NCBI GenBank assembly: GCA_951406725.2
Contig: OX597827.1
Span: 59,768,001 to 59,832,000, forward strand
Length of the DNA stretch: 64,000 nucleotides
Source of the DNA: Octopus vulgaris
Taxonomy: Eukaryota
Reading direction: 5' to 3'
Position numbers and translations under genes: made by a program. Of this stretch, positions 16,700-28,114 are shown piece by piece. How positions within the stretch are numbered: the stretch's first letter is position 1; every line of letters starts with the position of its first letter. The notes under the pieces are model-generated. The model worked only from the letters and a program-made list of their open reading frames with translations. It was not told where the DNA came from and did no database searches.

Positions 16700-17739
16700 A
16701 TTATTCTTCGTCTTCCTCATCCGGGCTCCCAAGTAAGTTTTCTGCCGCATGCAAGGAAGCCTGCATCGGCAGACCCGGACCGAGGGAAACAAAATCTTAT
16801 TGTTACAGGTTTTCCTGACCTCAATCAGTTCTTTCTGAGTTATGACCTCCGCAGCCACCTGAAGAAGTCAACTTGGACAGTCTATACAGGTCGAGTTATA
16901 TCGCTTTCGGTCTAGTAGACTGTCCAAGTATAACTCAACAGGCCCTCCCTTGAGATAGAAAATGACAAACTCTTCCTCACAGAGAGAGGTCTCATCCTGC
17001 ACTGTCAGTGGCACAATTCCCACTGACAGAGCCTCTCGCTCCGGTGGGAAGTGTACCACCGGAGGAACATCGGGTTCGGTCGGCGGCACAGCGACATCCG
17101 CTGACCGTCTCCCGTTTTTCTTCTTCCTCTTTTTTCTTCTTCTTTCGGTTGCGGGAGTCGAGGCGTCCGTCGGCACATCAGAAGAGCCCTCCTCCTCTCC
17201 CCCAACCTGCACGTCTCCTGGTGAGCAACCACCGTTGCTTACCTTTTTCTTCCTTCTCGTTGAGGTCGACACCTCAACGTCTTCCTCTGTTTCTCCCTGC
17301 AATGGGAGAGAGGAGGGCACCTTCCCCTTTTCCTGCTCCGGATCCTTACCACGACCCCGGGGGCAGTCCTTCTTGACATGGCCTGACTCCCGGCACGAGT
17401 GACACTTTGGGGTGGGGATGACCCTCCAGAATCACTGGATACCTGGAGCCAGCCATCCCCACGACGGGAGGAACAAAATTTCCTTTCCCTCCAAAGGCTG
17501 ACTTGCAAAATTGCAAGCCTCCTCCGTGATGTTAAACAGCAACCACACCATTGCATGCCTGGCACCCCGGGATATATATTTTACATGGGACAAATAGTCT
17601 TTTAGTTCTTTGGTATCAAGAACTATAGAGTAAGTTCTAACCACCACCGTCTTCTCCTCCATATCTTTTAACCACTGCTTGGGTGGGACAATCTCCCACT
17701 CCAAAGCAGTGGTCTTATTTTTATCATTTTATCTGCCAT
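16700..17739 (-). pseudogene. Disrupted ORF1/gag-like nucleic-acid-binding protein with CX2CX4HX4C zinc knuckle
   Basis: Reads ...LEWEIVPPKQWLKDMEEKTVVVRTY..., then VILEGH/PKCHSCRESGHVKKDCPRGRGK (~17350-17415), in frame with ORF 16868..17320 and its RRKKK basic patches. Frameshifts and stops are present. Confidence 0.75.
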
Positions 17740-18215
17740 GTAGATAAAACACAATTCAAACAAGGAAAAAAGTCACTCAAACAAAAACAACAAAAAGTCT
17801 TTGAACACAAAAATAAAAACACAGTTCAACTAAAATTGGAAGAAAAAAATACTAGTCCAACTAAAATTGTTCAGCTAAAGGAAAGAAAAGACAGCAGTTC
17901 AGCAAAATAAATAAATATTGTACAATTCTCCACGGCAGAAAATAAAATTTTGGGGCTACACGGTACTCAAATCTTGCAGCCTTCAAATCTCTTGATAATC
18001 CTTCTGGTAAAGTACTTCCAACGTTTCCGGGTTCAAAACCACGCACAGCTTGCAAGCACCAACTTTTTTCCTAAATAACTGTAGTGAAAATATTCACATT
18101 GAAGTTCTTCACTTGCTCGTTAACAAGCACAATCACAACACCGCCAAGAGTAAGCGAAAATGCCCCAGAGCTGGGCAGAATATACTGAAAATAAAAATAA
18201 AACACACAACAATTC

Positions 18216-18579
18216 GGTACTAGTATCGTAGAGTGGTCCCGGTTTACGCACACGCGCAGACGCGCGTCCGTGCTAGCCAGATGTAGGCAGTCGATCCTAC
18301 GAGCTGACTGGCGTATGCACGATATATACTTGTATCGATATATACGTGTATACGATATATACTTGTATATATAAGATATATACTTGTATCGTATATATAC
18401 AAGTACATATCGTATATATACAAGTATATATCTTATACACGTATATATCGATACAAGTATATATCGTATATATCGTGCATGCGCCAGTCAGCTCGTAGGA
18501 TCGACTGCCTACGTATGGCTAGCGCGGACGCGCGTCTGCGCGTGTGCGCAAACCGGGATCACTCTACGATACTAGTACC
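18216..18579. mobile_element. Mutator/foldback-like MITE, an almost fully palindromic 364 bp
   Basis: Ends GGTACTAGTATCGTAGAGTG.../...CACTCTACGATACTAGTACC. Perfect 9-bp TSD caacaattc at 18207-18215 and 18580-18588. Confidence 0.9.
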
Positions 18580-19068
18580 CAACAATTCTACCCAGCTCAG
18601 AAAAAACAAAACCGCTTACCTTGACGGCGATTTTTTTGTTAATCCAAACTGGTTCCAAACTGATAATCCACAAATGGTAAAGACAATTTTCACAGCCAAC
18701 AAATTTTTGCGGAGGGGATACGCCTCCTCAAAAACATAATTCTAACTGCAAAGTGAGACTTTTCGCACGACTACAGGTAGGCAAATGTCTGAAGCAGAGT
18801 GGAATCTGTTGCTCAACAAAAATTATTAATAACAGAACAACAAAAACTCCACTACCCCCACCCCCCATAAAACAAACACCTACCTGTAGTCGGGCTTTAA
18901 ACGTTCAATATTTCACGTCGAAAGACGTGACTTCCAAGAAGCATGCAAATGTGAACTCTTCTGTCAAGTAAGGTAAGCAAGCCACTTACCACACAGCCAC
19001 TCCTGCACCTGCTTTTCTTTTTCTTTTTTTTTTTTTGTCATTCTCCCTCCGCTTTTTTCCTGTTAATC

Positions 19069-19200
19069 CTTTCTGTCGAAGATTGTAGGCTCGAAACGTC
19101 AAAAACTTTTCCGTTCTTCCCGAGCGTTAAGCTAATACACCCAATTATTGTTCCTACACCCGTCTTCGTCTTTTGTTTTCTGTAAATTTGAACTATATAT
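19069..19200 (+). mobile_element. Penelope-like terminal repeat with variant minimal hammerhead
   Basis: cttt-ctgtcga-a-gattgtaggctc-gaaacgtc-aaaa, then sequence shared with 6465-6520, 41330-41445 (-) and 52950-53041 (-). Ends at (TA)n. Confidence 0.65.
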
Positions 19201-19434
19201 ATATATATATATAGAATATTTTTTTAAAATCTTAGGGAATAATAAGTATTCCAGGTTATCAGGACATTTACTATTTTACACTTTACTAATGCAATGTAAA
19301 TAGTATCATTTATAATATTATTACAAATTTGGGATTTTACCAATAGAACCGCAACTCCTAATTCAGGATAACCTATTGTATGGAATACACATAGAGAGTT
19401 ATATCCAATAAAATTCAACCTCTCTAATATTATT

Positions 19435-19843
19435 ACTCTTTTACTCTTTTACTTGTTTCAGTCATTTGACTGCGGCCATGCTGGAGCACCGCCTTTAGTC
19501 GAGCAAATCGACCACGGGACTTATTCTTTGTAAGCCCAGTACTTATTCTATCGGTCTCTTTTGCCGAACCGCTAAGTGACGGGGACGTAAACACACCAGC
19601 ATCGGTTGTCAAGCAATGCTAGGGGGACAAACACAGACACACAAACACACACACATATATATATATACATATATATATATATACATATATATGATAGGCT
19701 TCTTTCAGTTTCCGTCTACCAAATCCACTCACAAGGCCTTGGTCGGCCCGGGGCTATAGCAGAAGACACTTGCCCAAGATACCACGCAGTGGGACTGAAC
19801 CCGTAACCATGTAGTTGGTTAGCAAGCTACTTAACACACAGCC
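19435..19843 (-). mobile_element. Near-full-length family A SINE
   Basis: Closely matches the copies at 16095 and 38630, including the 3' (gtaaaaga) tail repeats. Confidence 0.9.
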
Positions 19844-19963
19844 AATTTGTAATTTATATATTTTTATTATTGTTTTACTTATATTCTTTTCTTTTTTTTA
19901 TTTAATATGACTTATAATATGTATTTTTAACTTTGATCCGTTAATAATAATAACAATAAAATA

Positions 19964-20048
19964 AATAGCCTGAGGAGGCACTGGTGGATTTATGTATTAG
20001 GTATAGCCTGGATAAATACCCCATCAGCGCAGAAACACGTGTAGCATT
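19964..20048 (+). ncRNA. Type I hammerhead motif with long stem II
   Basis: gc-CTGAGGA-g-gcactggtgg...ccatcagcgc-a-GAAA-CACGTG-TA-gc, with palindromic stem III ACACGTGT. Stem I is short and the stem II base pair is a G.A mismatch. Confidence 0.65.
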
Positions 20049-20256
20049 GATTAAAAATACCTTCTTTGCCCACAGACTAATAACGGGTAAGTTATATATA
20101 TTTTTCTAATATATGTTTTTCAAATAATTTTATTGTATTTTATAGTAGGTTTTTTAAATGCTAATATTATTTTATGGGATATAACTTTCTATACAATAAG
20201 GTTATCCTGAAATAGGAGTTGCGGTTCTATTGGTAAAATTCCAAATTTGTAATTAT

Positions 20257-20294
<38 letters not shown>

Positions 20295-20437
20295 GTATAC
20301 ATGCATACATACATATACACGCACACACATGCACACTTAATGTGTATATATGTATAGAGGTAAAATATGGATATCCTTTAATGCACGGAACATAAATACT
20401 CAAATTAAAAGAATTTTGTTAAGCATAATAGTTATTG

Positions 20438-20690
20438 TGGAGGCACATGGCTTAGTGGTTAGGGTGTCAGCATCATGACCGTAAGATTGTGGTTTCAATT
20501 CCTGGACCGGACGACGCGTTGTGTTCTTGAGCAAAACACTTAATTTCACGTTGCTCCAGTCCACTCAGCTGGCAAAAATGAGTAACGCTGCGATGGACTG
20601 GCATACTGTCCAGCTGGGTAACACATACCCCATTGAAACCAGGAAACCGGGCCCACGAGCCTGGTTAGGCTTTAAAAGGGCGCATTTGAT
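20438..20690 (+). mobile_element. tRNA-derived SINE (family C)
   Basis: A box TGGCTTAGTGG, B box GGTTTCAATTCC, cttgagcaaaacact core. Reverse-oriented relatives at 34470-34800 and 55080-55388. Confidence 0.85.
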
Positions 20691-21082
20691 TTGATAATAG
20701 TTATTACTGTCGATAAAAAAAATTGGTTATTCTTGTTGTAGTACTCCTTCGTCATATGTCTGAAAAGATAAAATTTACTCAGATTCTTGAAATAGTAAAC
20801 AAAAATTGTTGAGGAAGAATAGAGTTAACAAAACAAAAATAGAAGAAAACAAAACGTTACAGTAAAAATATTTTTCATGTTCACCGAAATAAGATTGGAA
20901 AGAAACTATGTGAATTTATGCACGTGTGTGTGTATCAGTCAATTCTCAGCAAATCTTTTTTTAAAAAAAGGATACACTGGAACAACCAGTCCTAGAAAAC
21001 CCGTAAATGAGTTGATCATAGCTTAGCTGATATATATATATATATATTCTCCGTGCATCTAATTAATCAAGATTGTTGATAT

Positions 21083-21305
21083 GTGGCAGAAACGTTAGCA
21101 CGCCGGGCGAAATGCTTAGCAGTATTTCGTCTGCCGCTACGTTCTGAGTTCAAATTCCGCCGAGGTCGACTTTGCCTTTCATCCTTTCGGGGTCGATTAA
21201 ATAAGTACCAGTTACACACTGGCGTCGATCTAATCGACTTAATCCATTTGTCTGTCCTTGTTTGTCCTCTCTGTGTTTAGCCCCTTGTGGGTAGTAAAGA
21301 AATAG
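21083..21305 (+). mobile_element. Family B SINE monomer
   Basis: tggcagaaacgttagc A-box-like head, GAGTTCAAATTCC B box, 3' end ...gtagtaaagaaatag. Reverse copy at 38325-38548. Confidence 0.9.
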
Positions 21306-21599
21306 ATATGTATGATGTTGGAATAAGTTGCTACTTCTTTATAATTGCTATAATTTCATGTAATTTATAACAAATCAAACGGATGTAAATTTAGTCAACA
21401 AGACACTAATGACCAACAATACTTGATTGCAGACATGAAAACTGTAAAACTGCAGATTCCATCTGTTATATTGACCATATATGTACAACACAATCTTGCT
21501 GACTTAGTATGCATTCACAAGGTACAATTGCAATGAACTACAACAGTACATAACGCAAACAGAATTACTTACGAAAACATTAGTAGACAATGCATCTAT

Positions 21600-21900
21600 A
21601 TTATACGTACATTCTCTCAAAAATAAAAGGTTAATAATGGAAGCAGTATCCATAACACGGTGCAATGCTAAAATTGGCACACAGCATACGCCAGTAATAA
21701 ACAAAAATAAACATCTGACTGATGACGTCAAATTTCAACAGAGTAATATGAATGGTGTGTGATGTCTACACCAATCATCTTTGTCCAGTAACATATATAT
21801 AAACATCTGTTCTTCCTGATAATGAGACCGAGAAGGTTTAGAAACGTTGGAGATGGATTCAAGAACGTTATTATTTCAAACAAACTGCAAGAAACTCATT
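21600..21900 (+). mobile_element. Decayed Penelope-like 3' end with degenerate hammerhead (21811-21853)
   Basis: RLIMEAVSI resembles the GIY-YIG C-terminal R-x-x-x-E-A-x-x-I motif. It is followed by tcttc-CTGATAA-tgagaccgagaaggttta-GAAACGTT-ggaga, with core G8 mutated. Confidence 0.45.
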
Positions 21901-22518
21901 TGTAAATATGAAACACATAATGATAAAAAGATAAACTTATAACGCTGTCATGTTTTCAATACAATATGCACTTACACACAAACACACTCACACACGTACA
22001 TATACATACACAAACAGTATCCGCACACTTATATACATTGTGCGTATCCTGTGCCTCTGTACTTATGCATACACACACACACACATGCGCACATACACAC
22101 ATGCACACATACTCACGTACAACAGGATCGTCACATCTGTGTACATGTGAATCATTATGTATGTTCACAAATCTACGAATGTAAATGAATGTATGTCAAA
22201 ATTAATACACACGCACACACACACAGAGTACACACAGAGGCATGTACACACATGTGCCTATGTGAATGATTCACAAATATATGAATGTATGCGTAGATAT
22301 GTCAAAATCATATTTTTTCATATTTGCATGGGAGTGCGGAGTTCAATACATAATAAATAAAGACACAATGGCGCGTTCAGACCCATTTGCATTTAGTCAT
22401 GTTAAAACACAAAAGGCTTCAACGTACACACGTGCTCACACTAGCACGAGCATGCAAATGCGCATACAATACGAGCGCACGCACATAGTAACACACACAG
22501 ATACAAATACACATACAC

Positions 22519-22575
<57 letters not shown>

Positions 22576-22952
22576 TCGCACATATATATATATGTGTACA
22601 CGTGCACATATGCTCGTGCTGAGACATACAAACGCATGTTCACAAAATATACGTACAGTTCGCACGCGTACACTCACCTGCGCGCAAGCAAAAATACCAA
22701 AATACACACGACACGCAGACACACGTACACGCTCGTGCATTCACGTACAAATATACACAAACAACATGTCCACGAGCACACACCTACACACACCCATGCA
22801 CACACACACACACACACACACACATGCACACATGTACGCTCATGCATAGACACACAAACGTAAGCACTATAATACATATACAACGCGCGTGCACACACAC
22901 ACACATACAAATACATACATGCATATATATACATGTGTGTGTGTTTGCGTGT

Positions 22953-23023
<71 letters not shown>

Positions 23024-23947
23024 TATACATATACACACATATATATATTATACATACACACACACACACACACATATATTACACACACACACAAATATAT
23101 ATCATGCGTAAACACACATGCACACTAATATGCATACACGACGTATCCTGCATGCATGTGCAAATACGCCAAAGAGAAATGGACGTACACACACATACAC
23201 ACATATGTACACACGCACACACACGAATACACATAACATGCATACATGCACATAGACATACGCACACGCATACACTTACGTACACACATACACATAGACG
23301 CAAATAGATACCAATATAAAGAAGAAACGTAACGCCACAGAAAAAGAAAGACAAAAGGGAACGAGGAGGGAGGGAGGGATGAAGGGAGGAAGAGAAAACC
23401 AAAGTGAAACGCAGAAAGATAAAGAAAGAGAGGGATGGAGAGAGAGATACATAAATAGAGAGACAGAGTGAGAAAGAGAGACGGTGTTTGGACGTTGAGT
23501 AACGAACGAACGAACGAACGACATAACATAACATAACATAAGACCGACCATTCGCTAACAACAAGCAATAACCAGAACAGCAAAAGACAACAGCGATTAG
23601 CGTTGGTAAACAGCAACATCAGCAAGCAGGCAGATAAACAACGACAACAACAACAACAACAACAACAACAGAAGCAACAACAACAACAGCAATAACAACA
23701 AGAATATATCAACGTGAATATAAAATAAAAATAACAACGGCGATGACGTTCGGCTTGTGAACAATAAATGCCGTTGGCAGCGACATGCACATCGATTCTG
23801 CTTCACAAGCAGAACAGATGACATTTTCCGACGACGAACCTTCTTCTCTGTCTCTGTTGTTCTTTTCTGCGCCTTCACGTCACACAGAATCCAACTGTCT
23901 GTGTCTCCTCTGCTCTTTGTGTGTGTATGTGCCTCACTCACTCCCGC

Positions 23948-24043
<96 letters not shown>

Positions 24044-24196
24044 TCGTATACACAACGCCAATCCCGATTGCTGCTGCGCCTCTCAACCACAGATGACATT
24101 CGTGTTTTGTCGTCACCTCTCGGCTATCTCGAAATAAAATTATATGCTTGTGACATCGTCGTATAATATGGCGTAACAGTGGCGGTAGCTGCAATA

Positions 24197-24197
24197 C

Positions 24198-24263
<66 letters not shown>

Positions 24264-25320
24264 TAATGTTGTTGTTGTGGCAAGTGCAGCTGTTGTTTCA
24301 TATTGTCATTGTTAATAGTATTATTGAGTGTTAGTCGTGGTAGTGGTGGTGATAGTGGTATTGGTGTTGTTGTTGTTGGTGGTGGTAGTATTTGGTGGTG
24401 GTGGTATTTGGTGGTGGTGTTGTTGTTGGTGTTGATAGTGATTGTGTTGTTGTTGTTGGTGGTGGTATAGTGGTGGTATAGTGGTGGTATTGGTGATGGT
24501 GGTGTTGTTGTTAATGGTGATTGTGGTGGCTATGTAGGTGTTGCTGATGGTGTTGTTAGTGGTGCTGCTGATGTTAGATGTAGTGGCATTGGTGGCGGCG
24601 GTGGTACTGGTGCTAATGTTGGTGGTAGCGGTGGTGGTGGTTGTGATGGTGATTGTGTTGGTGGTGCAAGATGCTAGTGGTATTGACCATGGTGGTGTGA
24701 AGAGTGTCGGTGTGAGTGTGGATGGTGCTTGGTGGCGGTGGTATTATGTCGTGGTGGTGTTGGTTGTAGCGCTGGTAGTGGTGTTGAGTATGGTGTGGTG
24801 GAGGTGGTGGTGATAGTATGATGGTATTAGTGAGGTGTAGTATGGGGATGGTGGTGTTAGTAATAAACTGCATGTCGGTGTTGATAAGTGGCACTGAGGT
24901 GGTAGTGATGGTGGCTGTAGTGGTGATGGTGGCGGTGGTATTAGTGGTATTGGTAATAGTGGAGGAGATGGTAGTGGTGGTGATGGTAGTGGTTGTGGTG
25001 ATGTTGATGTTGGTGGTAATGGTAATAATGGTGGTGGTGGTATTAGTGGCATTTGGTGATTGTGGTAGTGGTGTTGGAGGTAGCGGTGGTAGTGTGCGGC
25101 TGCCTTATGGCCATAGAGTTGGTGAGGGACGGTCTGGTAGTGGTGGTGGTGGTGGTGGTAGTGATGGTTGTGTAATGGTACTGGTCGTGGTGTTGGTGAT
25201 GGTGGTGGTTGTTATGGTGGTGGTGGTGGTGGTGGTGGTTGTGGTGGTGGTTGTGGTGGTGGTTGTGTTGTAGTGGTGATGGTTGTGGTGGTGGTGGTGG
25301 TGGTGGTGGAGCTGATGATA
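24197..25320. repeat. (TAG)n and degenerate (GGT/GTT)n low-complexity block
   Basis: Directly visible; explains the poly-V/H/P ORFs. Confidence 0.95.
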
Positions 25321-26289
25321 TGAGAATGGACACGACATAAAAGGGGAAAGTACGGCGGGAGTGAGTCTGTGACGAAGAAATCCGCCATCATAGTTTGTAT
25401 TTTAGTGTGTGTGCATGCGTGTATGAGCGTGTGTTTGTTGTGTTTGTGTGCATGTGTATTACATGTGCGTGTGCTTTCGCATATGTGTGTGTGTGTCTGT
25501 GTGTGTGGTTGCATGTATGCGTGAGAGTGTACTTTCGTAAGACTATGAATCTATATGTGTGTAAATATCTATGTCTATATTTGTGTATGCATGTTTGTGT
25601 ACTTTTGTTTGTCTGTGTGTGTTTTTGTGCTTTTGTGTATATGTGTGTGTGTGTGTGTGTTTGTGCGTGTGCTTCTGTGTGTGTTTGTGTACTTAAGGAG
25701 TCCTTACTATGAGCACGTGTGTGTGTGTGTGCATGTATGTGTTTGTGTATGTGTGTGTGTGTGTGTGTGTGTTTCTGTTTGAGCTACTTATTTGTGAAAA
25801 TGTGTATAATGTATGCATGAAAAGAGCATGTGCGTGTGTGTGTGTGTGTGTGTGTAAAATATTATTAGTTATGTTTGTATATATGACAAAGGGTGTATGT
25901 GAAATGATTTTTGTCTCTTTCTGTGCGTGCATGTGTTTGTGGGTGTGTCTGTGTGTGTGTGTATATGTGAGGGTGTGTGTGTGCATCTGCGTGTGTCTGT
26001 TTGTGGAAGTTTCAGACTGTGTGTATTTATTCATGTGAGAGAGAGAGAGAGCTTAAGCGAATATATTAAAGAGTTTGTGTATGTGTGTACTCTATGCGTA
26101 TGTATGTTTTTGCGTTGTGTGTGTGTGTGTGTTTTAGTCAGTGTGACTGTGTGTTTCTTTATGCGTATGAATGTATTTATGTATGGATGGTGCATATATC
26201 TATGCACATACACACATACACACACACACACATATATATGTATGAAATTATTTTTGCAGGGACACGTATAAGTGTTTGTGTGAATGTGT

Positions 26290-26332
<43 letters not shown>

Positions 26333-27047
26333 AGAGTTTAAGTGAGAGTCAAAGACTGTCTGTAACTGTGAGAGTCAGAAATGGGAAGAGTGAGACTGTG
26401 TGCGTGTGCGTGTGCATGCGCGCGGATATTTATCTATTTGTGTCAATGTCTGTCTATAAGATTATATCTGCAAGTCTTAACCTAGGAGATCTTTCAAGGT
26501 TCCAATGGGGAAATTGTTTTTTAAACTGACAAAAAAAGAAAAAGAAAAAAAACTGTTATCACTTATTTGGTCAATTCGTATTGCACCTCTCCTATCACCC
26601 CAATGTTGATTCTAAACAAGTCTAATGTTAATTTAATATAAGCTGTTGATGTTATGTAACAAATTGTGCTGTTGCCAAGACAATATAAAGTTGTAAATAT
26701 TACGTAATATAGTTACGTTGACTGTTGAATGTTGAATGATAACTACTTTTAATAGAAAGCTGTTAACGTCATGCAATGGTGTTCTTTGCAAGATTATCTT
26801 TATCTTAACTCATCTTTTCATATGGGTGGAGCCAATCAGGTTGATAAACTCGCAAAGGGAGGAAATATAGAGAAGTAGGTTAAGAAACGGTGGTTAATGC
26901 ATATTTGCATGCGCATGAGGGCGAGCACGTGCGTGCATATCTGTGTGTGTGTTTGTTTGTTTATGTCATTAAGTCTGTCTGCATGTATACATGTTGTCTG
27001 ACGTTCAGGTTCGTAGTTGCCGTTTAGAAAATTGCATATCTTTTTTC

Positions 27048-27302
27048 TTACTTATTTCAGCCACTTGACTGCCGCCATGCTGGTGCACCGCCTTAAAGCT
27101 TTTTAGTTGAAGAAATCTACCCCAGGACTTACTCTTTGTAAGCAAGTACTTATTCTATCGGTCTCTTTAGACGAACCTCTAAGTTACAGGGACGTAAACA
27201 CACCACCATCGGTTGTCAAGCGATGGAGGGGTGGCAACACAGATACAAAGGCATAAATATACACATACATACATACATACATACATACATACATACATAC
27301 AT

Positions 27303-27351
<49 letters not shown>

Positions 27352-27538
27352 TATATATATAGTAAGAGAGAGAGAGAGAGACGGGCATTTTTCAGCTTCC
27401 GTCTACCAAATCCACTGACAAGGCTTTGGTCGGCCCGAGGCTATAGCAGAAGACACTTGCCCAAGGTGCAGTAGGACTGAATCTGGAACCATGTGGTTGG
27501 GAAGCAAGCTTCTTACCACACAGCTACACCTGCGCCTA
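27048..27538 (-). mobile_element. Full-length family A SINE
   Basis: Both halves plus internal (CATA)n/(CA)n; head ends ...acacctgcgcc. Confidence 0.9.
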
Positions 27539-28114
27539 TGAATTTTGTATCTCTTATTATTTATCGTTTACTTGTTTCATCATTGGGCTGCGACCACGTT
27601 GGAGTTGTTGTTGGTGGTGGTCATGGTAGTAGTTTTTGATGGTGGCGTCAGTAATAATAGTGGTAGTTGTTTAACCCTGTGTCAGTTCTGACCGAGCAGA
27701 CATATGGTCAAAGGTGTTCTTCACGTGACTCTCCCATTCCTTTGTATATCAGAGATCAATCATATTACCCTGTGTATCATCTCTTTTTTCCGTCTATTTC
27801 CTACAGTGTGATATAGAGTTGAAAAGGATTTTGGCTGCTATTTCTATCGGTTAGAAGTTGTTCAATTGACTCAGAGTAATTGAGTCTCCGACAAGGCTTG
27901 GAGTCACCAAACAGAATCTCCCCACCTTTTTAGTTATCAGAGCGGCCATGTAGCTGAAATGAAGGATGTTACAATTGAATATATAAATCTTTATTACGTC
28001 GGAAAGGGTCGTTATGCCAAGCATAAACACACGCACTGGTTCTACATCACTTCTTTTTATTATGTATTAGACTTACTCCTCCCCCAAAACTGCAGGCCTT
28101 ATGCCAAAAGGCCA

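Larger units (their letters stand above)
16501..18971 (-). mobile_element. Non-autonomous ORF1-only non-LTR retroelement (L1/Tx1-like, 'half-L1' type)
   Basis: Bounded by a 16-bp TSD with 1 mismatch. Contains a gag/ORF1-like relic with a CCHC knuckle and no recognisable EN or RT. Confidence 0.65.
16095..19010 (-). mobile_element. Family A SINE split in its tRNA head by a 2.47-kb insertion
   Basis: SINE sequence runs 16095-16500 and resumes at 18972-19010. The 16-bp sequence ggtaagcaagc(t/c)actt is duplicated at 16485-16500 and 18972-18987. Confidence 0.85.
19320..20253. repeat. Inverted repeat pair (19320-19415 / 20168-20253) around a hammerhead and an inserted SINE
   Basis: ttacaaatttgggattttaccaatagaaccgcaactcctaattcaggataacct versus aggttatcctgaaataggagttgcggttctattggtaaaattccaaatttgtaa. 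Confidence 0.8.

Noticed and set aside
18955-18975. - strand cttacttgacag resembling the U1 snRNA 5' end
   Set aside because: The similarity covers only ~10 nt; no U1 stem-loops or Sm site follow.
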